Origin: Pseudogymnoascus verrucosus
Taxonomy: Eukaryota
Direction: 5' to 3' (one strand)
Length of the DNA stretch: 64,000 bases
Assembly: GCA_001662655.1 (NCBI GenBank)
Contig: KV460224.1
A program made the position numbers and the translations under genes. This document shows positions 54,001 to 64,000 of the stretch, in pieces. Positions within the stretch are counted from its first letter, which is position 1. The number at the start of each line of letters is the position of its first letter. The notes beneath the pieces were generated by a model. It did not search any database, was not told the DNA's origin, and worked only from the letters and a program-made list of their open reading frames with translations.

Positions 54001-56284
54001 CCCAGAAAACTCTGCCATTTATCGGCAGTTTGGGTGGATGGAAATGCAGGCACTTTCCGTTTCCGGAACCTCAGCCACTGAGACCTGGGATGAATGTCTG
54101 GCCTGTTTTTCATTTGGGCCAGACGATGATGCGAGTACTATTCTAGCAACCGGAAACCATATTGCCATTGTGGTCTATACCTCGTCATCCAGCCACATAT
54201 ATCTATACAGCTCAATCACATTTAAGGAGGAGCGCCAACTTATTCACCCAGAGTGGGTTCACGAGATCAGAGCTGGTCAAATAGGCGATCATCTTATTAC
54301 CTATGGCCGTAAGGCTATAAAAGTTTGGAAAATATCCACTGGTGAATGCATTAAGACAATCAATAATGAGGCCAACAATCCAATGCCACAGGCCTTACTA
54401 TTTCACGACCAGCGGAACCGAATTCTTGTTTTAGGCAAGGACAGATGCATCATATCAATTTCTATCAATGATGGCGATACCGCTGAATGGAAAATAAATC
54501 CAAGTATTATCGACAGGAGTCCGGATGATACTAAGTTAAAAGAACCGATATGTTCTGCCTTCAGCCCAGATGGAAACATGATTGCATTCGGCTATAGTGG
54601 GCACTTGGTCACAGTGTGGGAGACACAAACCCAGAAAGTTGTTTCCAAGTTGAGCATGAAATTTCACAAAGAGAATATGACGATCCCAAAATATATCGAC
54701 GGTGAAATTGACAATCTTTTGTGGCATCCATCCAGCGGAGAAATTATTGGCTTGCAACGCGACGGCTTATTGTTCAAATGGGATCCATATGATGATGAAT
54801 CTATTATAAAAGTGAGGGTTGAGCAAGCATACCGCCTGGCCATCAGTCCAGATGGTTCACGTCTTGCCACTGGTGATGCAGAGCATGTTATCAAAATATT
54901 TGCAACGGCTGATCTGTCCCTTCTACACAGCTTATCGACGCAAGGCTCTATCCGTAGCCTTTCATTTAGCACCAACTCGAGGCGAGTGTATGATGTACGG
55001 GGAGGGTACGGCAATGTATGGGAGCCTAGCGGTCTAGTCGACCCCACCAGCGTTGTTGGATCCCTTTCCCATAAAGAAGAATATCAATTTTCCAGAGCTC
55101 AAAATATCACGACCCTCTATGGGCAATCAATGGCGCCTATATATTGCTATGGCACCGAAAACGGACCTGGGATGTTGCGTGAGATTGGCTCTAGGGCAGT
55201 ATGGCAGCTGAAAAATGGATTAGACGATGTGCCTATCCATAAACTAGCGTTGAGTGACAATGGAAGTCTAGCTGCAATTGCAGACATGAGTGGGAGGGTT
55301 TCCATAAAGGTCATTTCAAAAGACGACCAGGAGAGTGGTGACCTACAGATTCACCACGACTTTGCAATCAATATTGGTCGTAGTAGCGGAGTCATATCTC
55401 GATTGCTATTTCACCCAGGAGGCGGCCAGCTATTTGTCGACACGACTCGTGCTATATACACCATCAATATCACCTCTCATGCTGTGATTTCATCAAAGTT
55501 CGTGCGTAGGATGATGAAAACACAATGGATATGCCATCCTACCAACCCCGATTATATATTGGGCTTTTCGGATACCCTGGTCTATGTTATCAATTGGGAC
55601 AACGTGGAAGAGGTCAAAACGTTTGGATATTTCCCGCCCCGTCAGGAACTGCACCCAAAATCGTCGTCATACAAACTTGTACACAACCAAGAATATAACG
55701 ACCGGGCTTCCGAAGGGGAACAAGTGCCCAACTCTAAGACCAGGGGACCCGATATCTTGCTCGAAATTTTACATCATGAGCTGTTGGGGCAGCCTGGACG
55801 TGTGTACCTTGGATTTAGTGTGGCGGATATCAAAGTTGGATCTGATGGTAAAGGCAGTTTGGTGGGCGACACGGAGGCCCCCAGCAATAAACTTCCATAC
55901 ACAATATTGCCTCAGAATGTTACGTCTCACATACGGGAACCTCTTGCGCTATTATCACATGGAAGGCTCGTATTCCTTGATACAGAGCAGTGGATATGCA
56001 CCTGGACTCTATCTTCGGCTGTTACGAAAGCCCCGCAAGCGCACAGTAACTCAGAACGAGAGGACGCAGCTCCGGCCGCCTCCGAAAGGCCACAGGTCGT
56101 TAGTGACCACAAGAAAGAAACTTACAGAAGCATCGAAAAGTATTATTTCCTCCCTGCAGATTGGGTTACTTCAGGCGACGGCCAAGCATGCTCCATCATG
56201 CGCGATGGGACTTTGCTCTGTCCGGTACGAGGCCATATATCAACGGTGCAATGTGCGCGGCTTCGAACATACTTTTCTTCGTGA
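51025..56284 (+). CDS. Fungal NLR-like STAND protein: alpha/beta-hydrolase (SesB-like) - NACHT - WD40-like repeats
   Basis: VFVHGLGG, AHSMGGL, STPHRGS, ADHRGVCKF; Walker A GNAASGKS, Walker B IIDGVDE; AFSPDG / AISPDG blades. Multi-exon; the start (ATG 51025 plus intron to 51117) is inferred. Confidence 0.88.
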
Positions 56285-57245
56285 TGCAACTCAAAATATA
56301 CGGGGCCGTATGGTGCTGTTAGCTGACTTTGTCTGAAATTCCTTTTTTAATCCAAGTTTACGGTAAGAGGCAGAACTGAGATAGAGAGGGGTAACTCTGT
56401 CAGCACCGAGATAGACTATAGCATAGGAAAATTGATCTACTCAACTTTGATAACTTTATACCATATAAGCCGCCCATATATGAAGTCTTGCACCTCAATA
56501 AGAGGATCATCGTATTTGTGACCACCATAAGTCGAATTAGACTTCGTGGGTCTCAGAAAAAGATCGGCGGGATCCACATTGGGTGTCAAAAAAGTGGAGG
56601 GCGGTTTGATCTACGCAGAGACGATATTTGGCGTTGCCCAGCCATTAATATGCTCTCATATCCCTTTGCTTTTTGTAGACCTAATTGCATATGCTTGTTG
56701 GAGAGCGGGTTACATTTATTTTAATTTAGATAATCAACAAGGAATATTAAGCATAGATTTTAGAACATTTGAATAAATTAGATAATAGTCAAGTATTATA
56801 AAATTCGGATTTTAGAACATTTAATCTGGCGCCAGCCGCCTTCCAGGTTGGTAACGATTCCAAATTTTGGTTCAAAGTGAGCCTTTGTGGCAGTACTAGT
56901 AACCTTTTGAGGTAACCAACTTACTTCTACTTGCATTTTTTGTTGCTCTATATATATTAGGGAACTATTATCAGGCATTGATCCCACTCATAGATTTAGC
57001 GTCTGTTTTGACCGAGGTGCGTTTTAGAGCGTGCCTGGAGTCTACTTTCGCTAGTGAATTGCTGAACCAGGGATATGCCTTTTTGCGGTGGATTATGGCC
57101 TGGCGTTATGTACTAATGCCTTGTGGAGTGAAGCTACTACACCAGTGCCCCCAAGAAAGATGGGCCTTCAAGTTTGACTCCCCAAATAAAGACGTCGACT
57201 GATGCTACAAATTTCAGTTTTGATATTCATGCAAAATAGATCAAG

Positions 57246-60169
57246 ATGGGCGACCCTGACGTCTATTGCGCGATATGTGGTGGGCCTGTAGTCGAAGTCA
57301 AGATCTCCGCCAAGCCTCGCTCCGAAGTTTTCAAGGCCGCACAGCGTGGCGAGGAGCCAGACATAGACTCGGATGAATATTATTGGGAAGAGAGAACCTA
57401 CGACTGCGAAATTATATCGAAGGAAGAAGCAGCGTGGACTCGTAATGTAATGGTGCTCGGCTTCAACCCGAATCCTAAAGCCCGCGTCAAGTAAGGTTTC
57501 ATCTGCACCAAAATCGGCAGCGCATAGAAATTAACAAATGCAGCGGTGCCTTCCTAGCTACCTTTGGTACTTATGACGGTTTCGGTGAAGTCACAGTCCA
57601 CGACTCATTTGATCCGAATTTCGACTTAGCAGAGCTAGGGGATGGTCCAAACCTGGATAACAGCTTCCAATGTTACGAGAACATGGGAGAGGAAAGTAAC
57701 ATTGAACCCGTGTTCCCATTCCATAGGCCATGCTACTATGTCCTTCGGCGCCAGGTGAGCGAGCGGATCGATGGGCTGCCGCTCGTGTCGGGCCTCGTGG
57801 CCATGGACAAGGACATCCTGTTTGACATGATGCGCATTCTGGCCGACTTCGACAAGTTAAATATTGACTATGGCACCCCAAATCCGCAAGAAGAAGAAGG
57901 CGGTCGCTGGATATCAAATGCTGGGAAAGAGATTTTTGCTGCAAACCCTGGGCCAGTGAAGGGGCTAGAGGGTAGGATTCGAGGGCTGATAAGCGCAGGG
58001 TACTTTACTCTATCCCAGGAAGCTGAGTTTGACTTGAGCAATGGTGTGCGGCAAGATCCATTCCAAAAGCTACCTTTTGATATTTTTATCAAGATTGGTG
58101 AGCAGTGTGAAGACTCAACAACCTTATTAAACTGGGCAAAGGCATCCTGGTTCGCAAACGTCGCCTTCCGGAGTACCCAGGAAAATTTCTGGGCGACGAT
58201 AATACGAATACAGATGGGCTGGTTCTTTGAGCTACTTCCATGCCTAGATGATGACAAACTATGTTATGGGTCGAGCATGAGGGCCGTGTTTCTATGGGCT
58301 GCTTACCACTCCGAACAACACCTCGGAATAAAAGGAGGACCCTTCCTCTGCATTGCCAACCGCCGGCGCATTTGGGCCAACCCATGTACAGAATTGGCGG
58401 ACCGATACTGCAGCAAGTTGCCACCTCACCTCCTCGTCGCTAACAGTAAGAATGCCCCCATTAATTTCCGTGAGATGCTTCTATCCAAGGCCACGTGGAG
58501 TCGTAAGTACGTTGTAACACACAGAAATCAAACGCAACTGTATAGCACGGTACAGAAGTGTTTTTGGATTGATGAGTGGAAAGACACATATGAGAAGACG
58601 CAAACCGTGGAAGCGTTCTTTATGCAGAGCAACGGATTTCTCACCGCTATTGCGCTGACGACTGAGGGTGGTGAGTCTCGGATGGTGGGCTCGATAGACG
58701 AGAGTTCCGTAAGGTTCAAGGCGACCATTTCAGTCGAAGATTGGATTTGTGCGATTGTCATTCATATACCAGGTATAGAATTAGTCGGAAGGCTATGGGG
58801 CAGTATAGAAGAGACATCGCCAAAAGGCATTACGGTTGGTTGGGCTCGATCCAAGCACTTCTTCACATAGCTTGCTAATAACCCTCACTGTAGATCATCT
58901 GCAAGTCTGGGAGAGAGCTTCATCTCGGTGATACGAATCAAGGTTATACTGTGCGAGCACTAGTGGCTCGCCAGGGCTATCAGGTCGTCGGGTTGGTGGC
59001 AGAAATGGCTGTAAGTCTGAGTGGCCCTTTCAGGAATGTATATGTGATGGTTCTTGTGAATTAATATACAACAAGGCGGATAACCCTTCAGCAACCTTCA
59101 CCCGTCTCGGTTTAATCACAGTGCGGAACGAGGAACTAGATGAACGTCGCATCCTTCGTGACCATATAACCCGCCGAAGCCATCCGCGAATCGACGAACT
59201 TATGTGGAAAGAAGACGGAACCCGCTTCTTTGGAACCCCATACTGGAACAACCCTTCCTTGAAAGTCTTGCACAGGGACGAAGCACAAGAGCTAGGAGAG
59301 TTGGATGGCTGGCTGACTGAGGTCCATCAACAGCTTGTGCCACAGGAGGCTCTCATCTGGGCCAAGGACATGACAGAACTCCGACAGCTCAAGAGGGTGT
59401 CTATCTTTACGACATATTCACACATGGCGGATATCAGCGGCGTCAAGGTCGAAGCTTACCATATTTGTGGTTTAGGGGTCATGTTCTCGGAGGAGCACAC
59501 CGAGGGCCAGCGGTTAATTGGTGTCGAGGGGAAACTTGAAGTAGATGGTCAAGGAGATGACCTTCCTGCCCTCGACGGACCACGTATTCCGCATCGCGCG
59601 GGTGCAAAGCTCCGCGAGATGAAGGGAGACGGGAATTTCCGCATTGATCTTGATATCGATGGGCCAGGCGGTGAGATTATAACAGAAGTATTCCTTGGTT
59701 GGGGCGAATATGACTCTGTAGACTGTCTTAGGGTGGGTTGACCACGCCTATGGTAATCTTGTTCAAGTTGTGCTAAGAAGTCAAATAGTTCCGCACCAAC
59801 CGTGACCGAGAGGTCGGATGCTCGACAGCACCCAACGGATGTTATTCGGGTCCCGACGCGCCAGAGTGGGTTTCTATGAAGTCCTCGCCAAACAAGACCA
59901 TCGTTGGCATCATTGCGACATTCGCTGGTGGCCCTGGTGTAAGCAGGGGCGAGGCGCCTCGTGTGAGATCATCCGAAGTTTTCTGTACAGATAATGAGAC
60001 TGATAAGCGACAGACTCACACAGAATTAACGTCATTGGCGGCACTCTCAATGTCATTGGGCATCGACGAAGAGACAGTGGAGGAAAGCGACGAAGAGGAC
60101 GAAGGAGAGAGTGAGGACTATGAGGAAGCCGACAATGAAATGTATGAAATGGATGACGTAGATGAATAA
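57246..60169 (+). CDS. Uncharacterised multi-exon protein with an F-box-like motif and acidic tail
   Basis: N-terminal YCAICGGP; DPFQKLPFDIFIKIGEQC; NRRRIW; colinear ORFs separated by GT..AG introns; D/E-rich end. Exon structure is approximate. Confidence 0.65.
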
Positions 60170-60715
60170 AGAGAAAATAAATGTAAAGAATTACATATCA
60201 AAACAATAAAGGAGTTTCTTCCTACCAAATCTGAGTCCAAGCATAGGTTGCTGATAGTCCCTCTGTATGCATTCCAAATTCTTGTAATTTCGCGTGGGGA
60301 AGATGCTAACTAAACTAAATTTAGTCTCTCTCCAGTATACTAGTTCCACCAATGATCAGCCCGCAATATTTTGGGATTGTACTAAAGTCTAGGGGCACCT
60401 ATATTTAGAGAGTTACACTAACCAAACTGGGCCTAAATCTGACAGCTGTAAACAAGCGTTTTAGGGGTGCACATCTCTACCCTTGACAACTACCAATTGG
60501 CATCACTGACTATGCTAGCCAAGTGGGCGAAGCATTGTTGAAGGATTGAAGGAGACAAAACCCTGCTCGCTGTAGCTTGTAATTCAGCTCAATATACGAA
60601 ACAATGGCTTGACCTACCACGAGGAGCCCGGAAGCTCCAGATATAAGCTTCCCACGTAGCCCCCATTCCTCGCCATTTCGACTTGAGCAACCCCTTTAAC
60701 AGTTTCTCACCGAAT

Positions 60716-62650
60716 ATGCTTCGCTATTCTGTAATACTATTAGTTGCCGCCTTTGCCACGGCGGCGACGGCAACGGCGACTAAACCGCCACCAGTGACTG
60801 TTACTGTTACTGTTGCGTGCGAGTCTACTCCTACGCCCACGGTCGACCTTGGATATGGACGGTACGCTGCAACTGTCAATGTGAGTAATAACCCCTTTAT
60901 TATATGCCACTGTGCCATCTGACCTCCCACAGGACACTGGATACCCTTACTACAAGTTCAGTAACATCCGATATGCAGCACCTCCCGTTGGAGATCTCCG
61001 CTTCAGACAACCAGTTGCGCCATCAGGCAGTGACAGCACTGTCCATGGTGGCAAGACTGGCTACTCATGCATGCAAGGCGATCCAGGTACGTTATTCCAT
61101 TCCTATTTGCACTACTACAGCTGAACATGTAAGCTTGGTACCTCCAAGTTGCTGCTGGGCTAGTGCTGCCAGCATTTATAGAGGGAAAGAATGTTTCGAG
61201 TGTCGTGGGCAAAGCTGCCGCATCACAAGATTCTAGTTCTCCGGCAACTCCTAGTTTATCTGATATCCCCAAACAAGATGCTACTACTTCGGAGGACTGC
61301 CTGTTTTTGGACGTGCTGGTCCCACAGACAATATACGAGTCCCCTCGAAGGACAGATACCAAAGGAAAGGGAGGCGGTATGTAAATCGAAACCTGCAAGA
61401 CAGGAAATTACTGACATCAGGCAGCACCGGTCCTGGTTTGGATCTATGGTGGTGGATATACGTCGGGCGATAAAAGTGGCCATGCTGAGACCCTCCTCGC
61501 GAGCGCCAAAGACAATGGTGAGGATGGGTTCATATATGTGGCTTTTAACTACCGCTTGGGTATGTTTGGTTGGCTCGCTGGTTCAACTTTAGAAAAAGAT
61601 GGCTCGGCAAACGTTGGCCTCTATGATCAGAAACTCGCCTTGGAATGGATTCAGAGCAATATCCACCTCTTTGGCGGAGATGCGGAGAGAGTCACAGTTA
61701 TGGGAGAGAGTGCCGGCGCAAGTTCCATAATGCACCATATCACGGCATATGGGGGAAAGAAGGGGAATGCACCTTTTCGGAGAGCCATACTCCAGAGCCC
61801 AGGCTGGCTCCCCAGTAAGGCCGCCGCCGCCGACGAAAATATCTTTCAACAGACGCTCACAATCGCATCTACTGTCACCAATAAGAAGATCACTACCCTT
61901 AGTGGCTTACGCAGTCTTACGTCAAGCGAGCTCTACTTGGTCAATGCTGCTGTGGTTGGCCTCTCGCCATATGGAAGCTTCACCTACGGCCCGACGGTAG
62001 ACGGCGACTACGTACCGAAACTCCCTGGGGATTTGCTCCTTAATGGGAACTTTGACAAGAGCGTTGAAGTTATGGCTGCGCATAACGCCAATGAAGGCAT
62101 CCTCTTCGCAACGCCCTTTGCAAAGTCCAACAAAGACATGGCAACGTACCTCAAGTCTGCTGTCCCATCCTTGGACGACACGGCATTGGAAGTTATCCTC
62201 GACTCTGTGTACCCTGAAGTCTTCGACGGCTCTTTTGACTACACCGACCAATTCGAGCGAGCCGCGACCATTGTGGGCGAGGCATTTTTCTCGTGCAACA
62301 CGCGTTACCTCGAAGCCGCGTTTGGGGAGAAGTCATACAGCTATCTCTTTGACGCTGTAAACAGGGGCTTCCATGGCGAAGACTTGACATACACTTTCTA
62401 CAACGGCCCATCAGCTGTCGCAGATGGCGGAACCGTCAACGCAACAGTCGCCAAAGCGCTGCAGAGTTATATCACCCACTTCGTGGCGACGGGTAACCCG
62501 AACGGAGGTTCTGCGCCATTCTTCCCTCAGTACGGGTCGAATTCGAGCGTGCAGGTCGTGGCGCCGGATGACTTTGGGACTCAGATTACGGATCCTGAGG
62601 ATAACAAGAGGTGTTCGTGGTGGCAGTCAGCGACCGTGTATGATGACTGA
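60716..62650 (+). CDS. Secreted type-B carboxylesterase/lipase
   Basis: Signal peptide; NIRYAAPPVGDLRF; SEDCLFLDV; VWIYGGGY; NYRLGMFG; GESAG; HGEDL; three introns. Confidence 0.93.
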
Positions 62651-62862
62651 GGAGTTGAAGTTTAACTGGAGGAATTAATCGTTACGTCCAGCCTCGGGAT
62701 GTGAAATGTTGGCTATATTTCCGAAATATGAGTACACCATACTTGAATGGTCCCGCTGTCGCTGCCCCTCCTCTTCTTCATTTCTCGACAACGGGAGCAT
62801 CTATTCCTAGCTGTCTAGGGTGAGGCAAAATTTATATAAGGAGACAAAACAAAATGACAAAA

Positions 62863-62881
62863 ACATACAACAGTGGGTATT
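62863..62881 (-). pseudogene. 5S rRNA 3' stub (nt 101-119) with T-run terminator
   Basis: ACATACAACAGTGGGTATT is the exact reverse complement of 25661-25679 and is preceded by an A run; identity stops abruptly at 62881. Confidence 0.8.
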
Positions 62882-62963
62882 ACTATTCCTAAGGCAACGT
62901 AGGTAGATACAGGCACTTACGCTACTACTATATTAGTTATTAGCTTTATTACCCTCCTTTATA

Positions 62964-64000
62964 ACGTATTTCACGTACGAGTGGGCCACACGGACGAGTG
63001 GGCCACGAAAACACCAAAATTGACTATTACTGCCTACTACTACACCACTACCCTACATAATGACCCTTATTCGATCGTAATTGAATCCTCGTGCCTCGTA
63101 CATGTACGGGAGTTATGGCCCATAATACCACATATGCCACAGCGCTTCTGTCGGCCTGTAGAACCCACCTGCCGACTACGCTCACTTGCCACCTCCGTAC
63201 GGACTTGAGCTTCTACCTCAGCACTCTGAAGCATATCCTCTCCCTCTCGTACGGAGAGACTGCCGCCTTGCATTATACGCCTCTTGCGCTTCCTTTCCCT
63301 CCTCTTTTTCTGTTCATTTGCTGCTTGTAGAGCCTTAACTTCTGCCTTGAGTAGAATAGCAGAATGCATCATAACCTAAGCTCCTTTGGCAAGCCGGCTT
63401 AGTGCGTCATTAATTGAGGTAGGAGAGCTATTCTGATGTTGTATAACACGGTTCTTAATATGCTCTGTCTAGAAATCAAGCTCCCTTATAGTTTGAGGAG
63501 TCTTTGAAGTCTAATTGTTACTCTCAACTATAGGAGGAGTTGGAGTTCTTAAGTGTAGATTTAAGTGAGAGAGGACACTCTGTGGCTCGTACGGAACTAG
63601 CCCTGTAGCTCGGAATCCGCTCTTAATGTTCTGCTCTGTAAATGTAGCTTTAAATGCTTCTTTAAATGCAGAGAGGAACTCAAGCTTTGTAATGTGGTTT
63701 AGCTGGTTCCGTACGAAGGTTTCAATCTGCTTTCCGTACGAAAGCTTTAGTAGTGCAAAGCAGCTTACATCAAGAGGCTGAAGAATGTGTGATGAGTGTG
63801 GTGGCATACAGAGCGTGATTATCTTCCGTTCTGTGTAGTAGTGCTGAAATTGAGCAGAGAGGTAGCTCTCATGTCCGTCGAGAATAAGAAGGCAATAGGT
63901 TCCGACTATACGAGCATTTGTATGCTGATCGAAGTGTTGAATCCACTTATACCTAATTGAATTTGAAGTCCACCTATTCTCACTTAGTGTAATCACCTAG
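62964..64000 (-). mobile_element. Fot1/pogo DNA transposon with DDE transposase pseudogene, running off the window
   Basis: TA plus ACGTATTTCAC TIR with ACGAGTGGGCCAC sub-repeats; LLILDGHESY, PPHSSHILQPLDV, C-terminal CGICGIMGHNSRTC knuckle; in-frame stops present. Confidence 0.93.

Noticed and set aside
56724..56822. Imperfect ~52 bp tandem duplication containing GATTTTAGAACATTT twice
   Set aside because: Two AT-rich units only; no evidence of function.

Overview
Eukaryotic DNA from a filamentous ascomycete (spliceosomal introns, RIP-type CpA>TpA mutation, dispersed 5S rRNA genes; Leotiomycete-like by impression only). Three zones. (1) 1-25.5 kb is accessory and repeat-rich: a GAF hybrid histidine kinase, a truncated Egt2-like PLP enzyme, a RIP-damaged HeLo-like gene, an SDR / Zn2Cys6 / ABC-G trio with PDRE-like palindromes in the divergent promoter, Fot1/pogo DNA transposons, a solo LTR, and a GH10-CBM1 xylanase lying between two duplicated 5S loci, one split by a ~345 bp insertion. 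(2) 26-48 kb holds conserved housekeeping genes: Yip1-family, rhodanese, SEC62, MTC6-like, ERG5, BST1, SDR, Mch1-like MFS, TMS1/Serinc. (3) 49-64 kb holds a GH53 galactanase, an alpha/beta-hydrolase-NACHT-WD40 NLR, an F-box-like orphan, a carboxylesterase, a 19-nt 5S rRNA 3' stub at a sharp junction, and a second Fot1-like element. The most notable signal is that two of the three 5S loci are broken at precise internal positions, suggesting 5S-targeting mobile DNA. All product calls are from motif recognition by eye; no database search was run.
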